From Alphaproteobacteria bacterium (GTDB lineage: Bacteria; Pseudomonadota; Alphaproteobacteria; Rs-D84): DNA of 64,000 nt. Below are positions 50,593 through 60,257 of this stretch, piece by piece. Position numbers and translations under genes: made by a program. The notes under the pieces are model-generated. The model had not been told where the DNA came from and made no database searches. It saw only the letters and a program-made list of their open reading frames with translations. The stretch is from NCBI GenBank assembly GCA_015062445.1, contig SUUQ01000006.1, positions 1,142 through 65,141 on the forward strand. Direction: 5' to 3'. Position 1 is the stretch's first letter. Every line of letters begins with the position of its first letter.

Positions 50593-51020
50593 CCGCACAC
50601 AGCACATCAGATGCGTAAAATAAATTAGAATGATTTAGATATGGGACGGGGGCGACAACGTAGTGTACAAACGCTACATGAGTTGCCCACACCCGCACAC
50701 AGCACATCAGGTGCGTAAAATAAATTAGAATGATTTAGATATGGGACGGGGGCGACAACGCAGTGTACAAACACTACATGAGTTGCCCACACCCGCACAC
50801 AGCCCATCAGATGCGTAAAATAAATTATAATGATTTAGATAAAACCAAATCGGGCATCGCAGTGTACATAACGTTACATAAGATGCCCGTCCCCGCACAC
50901 AGCCCATCAGGTGCGTAAAAAATTAAATAGAATGATTTAGATGTGAAACGGTTCCGACAACGTAGTGTACAAACGCTACATGAGTTGTCGGAACCGTCCA
51001 CAGATGAATTATTATATTTA
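50593..51020 (+). repeat. Four tandem units (100-bp period) plus a partial unit of the palindromic repeat family
   Basis: Units start at 50617, 50717, 50817 and 50917. Confidence 0.95.
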
Positions 51021-51027
51021 ATTTTTT

Positions 51028-51597
51028 TTATTTTGCCCGTTCAACGTATTCCAGGGTTTCAGTATTTACAACTATCTTTTCACCTTGTTCAATGAACAGT
51101 GGCACTTGAACACGTACACCGTTGTCCAAGATGGCCGGTTTACCACCACTGGATGAAACAGTTTGCCCCTTTAATGCAGGTTCTGTTTCTTCGACTGTTG
51201 CGATTACAGTTTTGGGCAGCGAAATGGACACAGGTTGCCCTTCGACAAAGTTCGCCTTGACCACCATTTCCGGTGCCAAGAACTTCATTGATTCACCCAA
51301 CGAATCAACCGGCATTGTAAACTGTTCATAGTCGGACAGATTCATAAAGAACGCATCTGTACCATCTGCATACAGATATTGACAATCAAAATCTTCAACC
51401 ATCAGTTTTTCAACTTTATCTTCTGCACGCCAGCGATCACCGCCTTTGTTCCCCGAATCAATATCACGCAGGTCGGCCTGAACGAATGCCCCACCCTTGC
51501 CCGGTTTTACTTTGGTAATTGATGTCACAGAATAACGTTTACCATTGTGCGAGATAACCCAACCCACACGCATATCATTTGCAATATAAGATGCCAT
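51028..51597 (-). CDS. efp: Elongation factor P
   Basis: VKPGKGGAFVQ, KPAILDNGVRVQVPLFI, YVERAK. Confidence 0.97.
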   Translation of the reverse strand: MASYIANDMRVGWVISHNGKRYSVTSITKVKPGKGGAFVQADLRDIDSGNKGGDRWRAEDKVEKLMVEDFDCQYLYADGTDAFFMNLSDYEQFTMPVDSLGESMKFLAPEMVVKANFVEGQPVSISLPKTVIATVEETEPALKGQTVSSSGGKPAILDNGVRVQVPLFIEQGEKIVVNTETLEYVERAK

Positions 51598-51661
51598 AAT
51601 TAAAACCCCTTGGTTAATAAAACTGTTTTGATTATAAAAATATCTGATTCAAACGCAAGTA

Positions 51662-52204
51662 TTATTGCATTTTTCGCTTATTATCCCAGTATCTGTCAAT
51701 ACTGTCCATAATCAGTTTATCAGCGGTCGCCCGGTCTGCCCATCCCAGAACTTTGGACCACTTGTTCGGCTGCAGGTCTTTATAGTGCTGAAAAAAGTAT
51801 TCAATTTTCGAACGCAGAATTTCTGGCAACTGTTCAACAAACTCTATTTTTTCATAGTATGGGTCAATTTGTCCCCGTGGCACACAGATAATTTTCTCGT
51901 CACCACCGGCCTGATCTTCCATCAGCAATGCCCCAATTGGTCTGACCTCGATTAAAACACCGGGACGCAGTGGCGCATTACAAACCACCACACAGTCCAG
52001 CGGGTCGCCATCATCCCCCAGTGTCCCCGGGAAATAGCCATAGTTTGCAGGATATGCCATTGGCGCATGCAAGATTCTGTCCACTTTTAACAGTCCAGTA
52101 TCTTTATCAATTTCGTATTTTACATGTCCATTTTCAGGAATTTCGATAATTGCGTTCATTTTTTTTGGTGGCATAACACCTGGCGACAGTTTTTCTAGTG
52201 TCAT
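51662..52204 (-). CDS. ppa: Inorganic pyrophosphatase (family I)
   Basis: VKYEIDKDTG, YPANYGY, DGDPLD, FFQHYKDL. Confidence 0.97.
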   Translation of the reverse strand: MTLEKLSPGVMPPKKMNAIIEIPENGHVKYEIDKDTGLLKVDRILHAPMAYPANYGYFPGTLGDDGDPLDCVVVCNAPLRPGVLIEVRPIGALLMEDQAGGDEKIICVPRGQIDPYYEKIEFVEQLPEILRSKIEYFFQHYKDLQPNKWSKVLGWADRATADKLIMDSIDRYWDNKRKMQ

Positions 52205-52311
52205 ATTATTTTTACCTCTTTAAAATTTTCGGCAATCAGATTATCAGAAAAAATCCGATTTTCAATTATAAAACATAAAAAAACCGCCATACGGCGGCTT
52301 TTCTTATTTTC

Positions 52312-53430
52312 TTACATTCTCATCGGCATCAGAACATATAATGCATCTGTATCCTTGTCGATTGAATTAATTTTTGTTGGCGCCAATGGGTCCTGCATTT
52401 CCATTTGGAACTTTTCCCCTTCGACCTGTCCTGCCACATCCAGCAAGAATTTAACATTAAACACAACAGTAAACGAACTGTCACCATTGTATTCGATATC
52501 CAATTCCTGGGTTGCGGTACCGGCATCTGGGCTGGACGCATTGATAACCAGTTTATTCATACTGAACGTCAACTGCACCGACTTTGTTTTATCGACACTG
52601 GCAACAGAAACCAAATCAACCGCATTAATAAATTGTTTTCTGTCCAGGATTGCGATTTTATCGTTCCCCTTTGGAATAACCACACGATAGTTTGGATACT
52701 GTGCATCCACCAGTTTGCTGGTCAATGTTGCAGAACCAACTGTGAAACGTGCCTTGGTATCAGACAGTTCAACAGTTACATCATCAACGTTTGCATCTTC
52801 CAACAACTTGGACAATTCACCAATTACACGGCGTGGCAAAATCACAGCGGGCATTTCAGCACTGCCGACTGGCGCCACCATTGCGCACAGTGCCAAACGT
52901 TGTGCATCTGTTGCAACCGCCGTCAATTTTTTCACATCGCCATCATCTGCGATATGGAAATAAATCCCACCCAGGTGATAACGCACATCATCCGTTGGTA
53001 TTGCAAACTTGGTCTGATTAATCAAGTGTGCCAAATCACCTGTTGTCATCTGGAATTTTGTTGTCAGATTGCTGCCTGCCATGGCGGGGAAATTTTCTGC
53101 TGGCAATGTTGGCAGACGGAACACGGCCCGTCCACTGGACACAACCAGTTGATCACCCGACTGTTTAAAAGAAATTTCTGCATCATCTGGCAATTTACGC
53201 ACAATATCATACAGCATCTGAACTGGCACAGTCGTTTTTCCACCCAATGTAATATCTGCGGCGACATGTTCAACCAATTCCAAATCCACATTTGTTGCCG
53301 ACAGAATCAAATCATCTGCGACTTCTAACTTTACATTCATCAAGATTGGCAGTGTTGCACGCTTTTCCACGATGGACTGCATATGCCCCAATGCACGTAT
53401 TAAAACCTGACGAAAAACCGAGAATTCCAT
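52312..53430 (-). CDS. dnaN: DNA polymerase III beta clamp
   Basis: QSIVEKRATLPIL, VATDAQRLA, YPNYRVVIP, C-terminal YVLMPMRM. Confidence 0.97.
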   Translation of the reverse strand: MEFSVFRQVLIRALGHMQSIVEKRATLPILMNVKLEVADDLILSATNVDLELVEHVAADITLGGKTTVPVQMLYDIVRKLPDDAEISFKQSGDQLVVSSGRAVFRLPTLPAENFPAMAGSNLTTKFQMTTGDLAHLINQTKFAIPTDDVRYHLGGIYFHIADDGDVKKLTAVATDAQRLALCAMVAPVGSAEMPAVILPRRVIGELSKLLEDANVDDVTVELSDTKARFTVGSATLTSKLVDAQYPNYRVVIPKGNDKIAILDRKQFINAVDLVSVASVDKTKSVQLTFSMNKLVINASSPDAGTATQELDIEYNGDSSFTVVFNVKFLLDVAGQVEGEKFQMEMQDPLAPTKINSIDKDTDALYVLMPMRM

Positions 53431-53557
53431 TCCTATACTCCTGTTTCCTTATCTTCGTACATGTGTTTATCCTACACTCTGTTGATACCAGCATAGCAAA
53501 AAAGACCGATTCGGTGCAAGACCAAATACACCGAACCGACAACAAAGAATATTTACA

Positions 53558-54316
53558 TTATTTATACAAGACCTTTTCTAACTTTGCCCGCAACTTTTTC
53601 ATATCATCATACTTTGTGAATTTTCCTTTTTCTGCGATTGATATATCGCCACTTTCTTCGGACACGACCAAGACAGTTGCCCTGGACACCTCGCTCAGCC
53701 CCAGTGCCGCCCGATGTCTGGTTCCATATTTCCAGTTCAGATTATTCTGCGACAGTGGCAAAATTGCCCCTGCATATGCAATTCGGTCTTTTTCAACAAT
53801 CACAGCCCCATCATGCAGTGGTGTCTTATCAAAAAATATTGTCAGCAATAATTCAGTTGAAATACGTGCATCCAAACGCACCCCTTTTTTATCAATTGCA
53901 CTTTCGTCCAGCATTGCCGGAAACACAATTAATGCGCCCGTATGCTTTTGCGACATATATTCTGCAGCTGACACAATTGCATCCAGCGACTGTGTATTTT
54001 TTGTTTTTACCCCGCCCCGCTTCAGCATTCTTCGCCACTCATCAACATTTCCCATCAGCGCCATAAACTTGCGCAATTCTGGTTGAAACACCACAATCAA
54101 ACTCAACGACAAGAACAATGCGGTATAGTGCAAAAAACTGCCCAGCAAATCCAGTCGCAACCACATCAATACGAAACTCAGCATCCATAACCCTGCCAGC
54201 CCTAATAACCCACGCACCAACTTTTCAGACTGAGTATTTTGAATAAAGCTGCGGTAAAACAGCCACACCATCACAGCGATAATGACAATCTGAACCAATC
54301 CCATCCAATTAAACAT
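53558..54316 (-). CDS. cdaA: Membrane-anchored diadenylate cyclase (CdaA/DacA type)
   Basis: Three N-terminal TM helices; VVFQPELRK; TPLHDGAVIV (DGA); GTRHRAALG (RHR); VVSEESG. Confidence 0.93.
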   Translation of the reverse strand: MFNWMGLVQIVIIAVMVWLFYRSFIQNTQSEKLVRGLLGLAGLWMLSFVLMWLRLDLLGSFLHYTALFLSLSLIVVFQPELRKFMALMGNVDEWRRMLKRGGVKTKNTQSLDAIVSAAEYMSQKHTGALIVFPAMLDESAIDKKGVRLDARISTELLLTIFFDKTPLHDGAVIVEKDRIAYAGAILPLSQNNLNWKYGTRHRAALGLSEVSRATVLVVSEESGDISIAEKGKFTKYDDMKKLRAKLEKVLYK

Positions 54317-54342
54317 ATACCTTCTCCCTTATTATTAAAAAA

Positions 54343-55167
54343 TTATGACACAGGAAATTCCCGCAACACATCATTCAATGATGTTTTTTTATCTGTCGAT
54401 TCTTTACGTCGACCGATAATCAACGCACATCGAACACCATAATCCCCCGCCGGGAATTTTTTTGTATATGTCCCAGACACTACAACAGACCGTGGCGGAA
54501 TAAAACCTTTGTATTCAACTGGCTGCTCTCCTGTTACATCAATAATACGACTTGACCCTGTTATAACAGTATTTGCCCCCAGTACCACTTCACGACAAAC
54601 ATGCACCCCTTCGACCAAAACAGATGCCGCCCCAATAAAACAATCATCTTCAACAATCACCGGTGCCGCCTGCACAGGTTCCAATACACCACCAATTACT
54701 GCATTTGCACCGACATGCACATTTTTACCAACCTGCGCACAAGAACCAACTGTCGCCCACGTATCAATCATTGTTCCTGAATCAACATATGCACCAATAT
54801 TTATATATGATGGCATTAATATCGCACCTGGTGCGACATACCCCCCATAACGTGCCACCACATTTGGCACAGCACGCACCCCCAGATTTTGCCATCCCCG
54901 TTTTATATCAATTTTATCGAACCACTCAAAATCCCCCGCATGCATTGTACGCATTGATTGTATTGCAAAATACAGCAGAACTGCCTTTTTTACCCACTCG
55001 ATTGTTTGCCATTTGCTGTTTTCCAAATCCACAGGTTCTGCACACCGCAGCACACCTTTATCCAGATCATCAACCACCGCACAGATTACCTGACGCACAT
55101 CATCTGATTCTAACAATTGCCGATTTTCCCATGCGCTTTCAACAAGATTTTTTTTGTCATCAAACAT
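54343..55167 (-). CDS. dapD: Tetrahydrodipicolinate N-succinyltransferase
   Basis: EWVKKAVLLYF, MPSYINIGAYVDSGTMIDTWATVGSCAQVG, GGVLEP; start moved to 55167. Confidence 0.95.
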   Translation of the reverse strand: MFDDKKNLVESAWENRQLLESDDVRQVICAVVDDLDKGVLRCAEPVDLENSKWQTIEWVKKAVLLYFAIQSMRTMHAGDFEWFDKIDIKRGWQNLGVRAVPNVVARYGGYVAPGAILMPSYINIGAYVDSGTMIDTWATVGSCAQVGKNVHVGANAVIGGVLEPVQAAPVIVEDDCFIGAASVLVEGVHVCREVVLGANTVITGSSRIIDVTGEQPVEYKGFIPPRSVVVSGTYTKKFPAGDYGVRCALIIGRRKESTDKKTSLNDVLREFPVS

Positions 55168-55183
55168 CCAGCCCCCCAAAAAA

Positions 55184-57256
55184 TTATTCGACATGCAAAA
55201 GACTGTTTTGCAGAACATCTATTGGCTCACTAAACCAATCTGGATCATCAGGATAAACCATTGCACCACGTTTCATCGCCGTCTTACACGGTGTATCATC
55301 CGCCAGCCAATTTTCCAGCAAATCCCCCGCAACCAGCCCAATACCTGTCCCTGCGACCAAACCAATACCACCTGTAAACGGCGCCAACAGCAATCCCAGT
55401 CCTGTCGCAGATGCAACCTTTCCTGCAACTGCGGCACCACTGATTTTCATTTCGGGTTCTGCCAAACTGCCTGTCAACTCAATAGAATTAACCACATTTC
55501 CCGTCAGTGACAATTTTAATCCCCGCACAGGCACTGTTGTCAGCGACATCTTTAATTCTTCCTGTCCTAAATCCAGCATACCCGCCAATCTGATATTTAT
55601 TGCATTTGTTTCAATTGCGAAACCGTTTTGTGTTTCGAACACCCCATCACGCAGTTTTGCATTCAGTGCCAAACACGCAACTTTAATCTGATTGTGTTTT
55701 TTTTCAGAACTGAACAAGTCCTCGATACTGTGCCGCAGCGACGTCAAGAAATCTGTTCCATACACATATGATACCAGCGCAGAATGTGCATACCCCGGCG
55801 CCACCGAATACAACTGCACAGGCCCTGTGATTGTTTGCATAAATTCAGACAAATTTTCACCATTTGCCTGCACATAGATATCTGCATTTACTGGCAAATC
55901 AGACAACAAATCGTTCTTTTTTATTTGATTTAATATGTCACCAACACTTACATTTTTTGCATCGGCCGCCACCGTTGCCCACAGCCGTCCATCTACATCT
56001 ATATCAACATCTGCCGCTGCCACAAAATCACCACCACCCAGATGTGTTTTTAGATCAATTCTGGCAAAGTTATCTTTCAGATTCATCTTTAAATCTAAAT
56101 CCTGGATATTCAGGTTGCGATATACGATAAAGTTTCCAAAATCGATACGCGCATTAACATTTTTTTCACGAAACCATTTACCAAACAAAGGCACATCCTT
56201 GAACACATTTAATTCACGATTTGGCCGCACCCATTTGTTTGAATACATCCACGGAAACAAATCAACCAGTTCCACCCGTTCTGACCGCAAATCCAGGTCT
56301 ATCACTGGCACCTGTTTTCCCCAGTTGTATTCCCCCAGCACTGTAAATTCAGTACGACCAAACATAACCGCAGACTTTCGCAACACAACCTTATTTCTAT
56401 CTACCCCACCTGCGACATTCAGCTTTATTTCTGGCACACCATACAAATTCACCCCTAAAAACAGCCCTAACAGTTCCGGATGCGGAATATCACCCTTTAC
56501 AATAAAATCGATTGGCAACTTGCTTGTCCCTTCCAGTGCGACATTTGCAATCAGCGCATCACCACCTGTTGATATTGCTACACGCACAGGATAAACCTTT
56601 CGTTCTGCATTATACGGACTCAGCGAAACAATAAATGGCTGCACCTCTGTCCCCAGTTTTATCCACCCCGTATATTCACGTGTATCCCGCTTGGGCATTA
56701 ATCGAACATTAAAGCCAGCCAACGCATATTCCTGGCCCAGCACGTTCGCCTTCAGACCTTTTATCTCTATCCCGCCCAACCCTGCATCTTTGAACGGATA
56801 CTTTTCCATTGTTGCATTTTCATTTTTTTGCGCATCATTTTTTACATCTGCAACAGGCGACACAGAAAAATCACCATCTGCATTTCTCTCCAGATTAACT
56901 TCTGCATCATAAACGATAACATTTTGAATTGTTGGCCTGTTTCGCAGCAATGAAATCAAGTTCAACCGCACATCTATTTTATCTGCACTAAATGCATTTT
57001 TCTTTTTTGCCCAGGACTTATTTGCCACTTTTACCTGATTTAATTCCACCTGTGGCCTCAGCGACAGTTTCCATGACACTGGCCCTTCTACTTCGATTGG
57101 CAACCCTGTTGCGTCTTGTAAAATTGCGACAATATTACCACGCAGCGATTCGAAATTTATCTGACTTAATGCAACAACAAATGCCACCCCCAGTCCAACC
57201 ACACACAGGGAAAAAAATCTGACGATTGAAAAAAACTTATTTTTTTTTCTTTTCAT
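55184..57256 (-). CDS. AsmA-family protein
   Basis: N-terminal TM; TGLPIEVEG, NLISLL, LERNADG; beta-rich; C-terminal LTGSLAEP. Confidence 0.75.
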   Translation of the reverse strand: MKRKKNKFFSIVRFFSLCVVGLGVAFVVALSQINFESLRGNIVAILQDATGLPIEVEGPVSWKLSLRPQVELNQVKVANKSWAKKKNAFSADKIDVRLNLISLLRNRPTIQNVIVYDAEVNLERNADGDFSVSPVADVKNDAQKNENATMEKYPFKDAGLGGIEIKGLKANVLGQEYALAGFNVRLMPKRDTREYTGWIKLGTEVQPFIVSLSPYNAERKVYPVRVAISTGGDALIANVALEGTSKLPIDFIVKGDIPHPELLGLFLGVNLYGVPEIKLNVAGGVDRNKVVLRKSAVMFGRTEFTVLGEYNWGKQVPVIDLDLRSERVELVDLFPWMYSNKWVRPNRELNVFKDVPLFGKWFREKNVNARIDFGNFIVYRNLNIQDLDLKMNLKDNFARIDLKTHLGGGDFVAAADVDIDVDGRLWATVAADAKNVSVGDILNQIKKNDLLSDLPVNADIYVQANGENLSEFMQTITGPVQLYSVAPGYAHSALVSYVYGTDFLTSLRHSIEDLFSSEKKHNQIKVACLALNAKLRDGVFETQNGFAIETNAINIRLAGMLDLGQEELKMSLTTVPVRGLKLSLTGNVVNSIELTGSLAEPEMKISGAAVAGKVASATGLGLLLAPFTGGIGLVAGTGIGLVAGDLLENWLADDTPCKTAMKRGAMVYPDDPDWFSEPIDVLQNSLLHVE

Positions 57257-58224
57257 GGCAACTTTAATTCCAAGAACTTTAACACTGGCACCATAAACTC
57301 TGGCACCACGGCCCTCAGTGTCATCATCCGTCCTGTTCCTGGGTGTTGAAATGTTAACTTATACGCAAATAAAAACAAGTTATTTGTTTCCAGTATCACA
57401 GACAACGGTCCATCTTTTTTTTGCCGTCCACCATATAAACCATCCCCAACAATTGGTGCATTCAGCGAAAACGCACTGTGCAATCTTAACTGATGCGTAC
57501 GCCCAGTTTTCGGCGAAAATTGCACCCAAGACACACACCCTGCGGCCCGCCCCAGCACTTTATATTCCGTAACTGCACGTTGTGGCCGCTGCCCACTGCC
57601 ATTATCCAGTCGCTTTGCACTGTCAAACACCTGCCCTTTGGCAACCCAGTTATCAATCACCCCACTGTTGTCTTTGACATCACCATTCAGTAATGCCAAA
57701 TAATCCTTATGCACGGCCCTGGATTGAAATTGTTCTGCCAGGTTTTGTGCCGCCCGCTGATTTTTTGCCACCACCAACAGTCCACTTGTTTCTTTATCTA
57801 ACCTGTGCACCAGTGAAATTTTATCATACGGAAACAGTGCTGCCGCCATTTTATCAATTGACTTTCGAATCCCAGTCCCACCCTGAACAGCCAACCCTGC
57901 CGGTTTATTAAACACAACAATATCTGCATCATCATGCACGATACATTGACGCAGTTTTTCTAAATCCGTTAATGAAAATTGATTTCCGCATTCTGTTTTT
58001 TGAACACACCCCTGCGCATAGTTTTTCAACGTCGGTGGCACACGTATTGCATCGCCTATACGCAGGATTTCTTGACCTTTTACCCGTTTCGAGTTAACTC
58101 GAATTTGTCCACCACGACACAGTTTATAAAATTCTCGTTGTGGCATTGATGGGAATTGTCGCAAAAACCACCGCTGCAACCGCACCCCATCTTCAACCTT
58201 GGAAATATACATTATTTCAGCCAT
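57253..58224 (-). CDS. rluC: RluA/RluC-family pseudouridine synthase with S4 domain
   Basis: NKPAGLAVQGG, VHRLDKETSG, TGRTHQLR, PIVGD. Confidence 0.88.
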   Translation of the reverse strand: MAEIMYISKVEDGVRLQRWFLRQFPSMPQREFYKLCRGGQIRVNSKRVKGQEILRIGDAIRVPPTLKNYAQGCVQKTECGNQFSLTDLEKLRQCIVHDDADIVVFNKPAGLAVQGGTGIRKSIDKMAAALFPYDKISLVHRLDKETSGLLVVAKNQRAAQNLAEQFQSRAVHKDYLALLNGDVKDNSGVIDNWVAKGQVFDSAKRLDNGSGQRPQRAVTEYKVLGRAAGCVSWVQFSPKTGRTHQLRLHSAFSLNAPIVGDGLYGGRQKKDGPLSVILETNNLFLFAYKLTFQHPGTGRMMTLRAVVPEFMVPVLKFLELKLP

Positions 58225-58255
58225 ACAAACCCCACCTTGGCACAGAACTTACTAA

Positions 58256-58717
58256 CTATTCTGCGAACGTAATCTGGACATAGTTTGTTCCGTTCGTTCC
58301 GTTGCACGAACCAACTGCCCCACTTTCTTTTTTATCAGACAATTGATACCCCACAGAATCGGTCCATGCCCGTGTTGCCAATGCCTGGCAATCATTTTTC
58401 GTCAGCCCATTAATAGTCAACACAAACTGTCTTGCATTGCTGGGATCAACCACGACTTCATATGTTCCGCCATATGGATTTTGTTTTTTCCCCATAATCT
58501 CCAGCAACACATTCCCATCCATTCCTGAAAAATCATCATATTGACTGTGCTGTGTGCGTACCTCGTTAACGATTGCAAAGATCTCTTCTTGGACCTTCAT
58601 TTGTTTTTGGTTATTAAATGCCAACTTAATCAATTCATATGCCCCCACTGTCAGCATTCCCATAATTGCCAGTACCCCCAGCATTTCAATCATTGAACGA
58701 CCCGATTCTTGATTCAT
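58256..58717 (-). CDS. Type IV pilin / pseudopilin-like protein
   Basis: Class III signal ESG|RSMIEMLGVLAIMGML with E5; NPYGG motif; Cys pair in the head domain. Confidence 0.8.
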   Translation of the reverse strand: MNQESGRSMIEMLGVLAIMGMLTVGAYELIKLAFNNQKQMKVQEEIFAIVNEVRTQHSQYDDFSGMDGNVLLEIMGKKQNPYGGTYEVVVDPSNARQFVLTINGLTKNDCQALATRAWTDSVGYQLSDKKESGAVGSCNGTNGTNYVQITFAE

Positions 58718-58768
58718 TGAAAAACCTCTTATTTGCTATTTAATAATTAATATTCTATCATAAAAGTT

Positions 58769-60184
58769 ATGAATATTCAATTTTCTGATTTGATTAAGAA
58801 TGCACCTGCCGCCCCCGGGGTCTATATGATGTATGACACAGACGGCAACCTGCTCTATGTTGGCAAGGCAAAAAACCTTAACAACCGCCTGCACCAGTAT
58901 ACTGACATATCCAAACTGGAATTACACAAACAGGTCATGCGCACTTTGGTATCCGACGTAAAATGGGAAACCGTTGCAACCGAATCGGATGCCCTTGTCC
59001 GTGAACAGGAATTAATCAAAACCCAGAAACCAAAATATAACATCATGCTAACCGATGGAAAAATGTATCCAATGTTGGCACTAACGACCGGCGACTTTCC
59101 CCGGCTGTTAAAATTTCGTGGCAAAATTTCACAACGTCGTGATGTCTACGGTCCATATCCATCTGTATCCGCATTAAATGAAACGATAAAAACGATACAA
59201 CGTGTGTGTCAAATTCGCACATGCACCGACACCCAAATGCGCAATCGCACACGGCCATGCCTGCTACATCAAATTGGACGTTGCTGTGCACCATGCTGCT
59301 TCCCAAACAAACAAAAATACGCAGAAAACGTGCGTACAGCACGAAAAATTTTAACTGGCGACAGTGCCCCTATAATATCTGACTTGACCCAGCAAATGCA
59401 AACATTTTCTGCCAACATGGACTTTGAATCTGCCGCCGCAACACGCGACAAAATTGCTGCACTGACACACACTTCAAATCGTGGTATACGACAGAAACAT
59501 GCGTATACATCAAATATAGACTGGAACAAAAACGTATCTGAATTGGAAAAATGGTTGGGGCTTAAAATAAACCTGGCGGGTGTATTTGATAATTCACATT
59601 TGTTTGGCAAACAGCCCGTTGGTGCCATGATAACGTTTGGTCACAGTGGCTTTGAAAAATCAGGATACCGGCATTTCAAATTACAGAACAAATCCAATGC
59701 TGGCAACGACATTGGTATGATGTCCGAATTTATAACTCGTGCTGTCAATGACGGTCCAAAATTGGATTTAATAATTGTTGACGGCGGCATCGCACAATGG
59801 AATGCAGCAACACAGAACTCGAACGGCATCCCTGTCATGGGTGTAACCAAAGGAATCGTACGCAACGGCGACGAACATTTTATATTGCCCGACGGCACCA
59901 CATCCCATGATTTGGCCAAAGACTCGCCATTGTTTTTGATGTTGCGAACTGTCCGTGACGAAGCCCACCGTTTTGTCATCACATACCACCGCAACGTCCG
60001 TGCAAAGCAAATGACCGCATCTGTATTGGACGAAATTGATGGCATTGGTCCAACACGCAAACGCGCATTATTGCAACACTTTGGTTCCGTACGTGCAATT
60101 ATGGACGCAGACCTAACTGCACTGTCACACGTCCCTGGATTGGGAAAAAGTGCCGCAAAAAAAATATATGCTTATTTCCACTAA
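58769..60184 (+). CDS. uvrC: Excinuclease ABC subunit C (compact form)
   Basis: PGVYMM, LYVGKAKNL, Cys cluster, FDNSH, DGG, RDEAHRF, HhH tail. Confidence 0.93.
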   Translation: MNIQFSDLIKNAPAAPGVYMMYDTDGNLLYVGKAKNLNNRLHQYTDISKLELHKQVMRTLVSDVKWETVATESDALVREQELIKTQKPKYNIMLTDGKMYPMLALTTGDFPRLLKFRGKISQRRDVYGPYPSVSALNETIKTIQRVCQIRTCTDTQMRNRTRPCLLHQIGRCCAPCCFPNKQKYAENVRTARKILTGDSAPIISDLTQQMQTFSANMDFESAAATRDKIAALTHTSNRGIRQKHAYTSNIDWNKNVSELEKWLGLKINLAGVFDNSHLFGKQPVGAMITFGHSGFEKSGYRHFKLQNKSNAGNDIGMMSEFITRAVNDGPKLDLIIVDGGIAQWNAATQNSNGIPVMGVTKGIVRNGDEHFILPDGTTSHDLAKDSPLFLMLRTVRDEAHRFVITYHRNVRAKQMTASVLDEIDGIGPTRKRALLQHFGSVRAIMDADLTALSHVPGLGKSAAKKIYAYFH

Positions 60185-60257
60185 TCGGTGATATAATACA
60201 AACATTCATTTATTATGATGAATAACCCAAAACAAATTAAACAAGGAGAAACAACAC

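Noticed and set aside
50593-51020. CRISPR array interpretation of the 100-bp tandem units (also 45043-45345)
   Set aside because: The variable parts are related to each other and form hairpin arms rather than unique spacers; the period is too long and no cas genes are present.
52405-53328. 307-aa ORF antisense to dnaN, and similar shadows over tuf, fusA and dnaJ
   Set aside because: They fully overlap conserved genes on the opposite strand and show no recognisable motifs; codon bias explains them.
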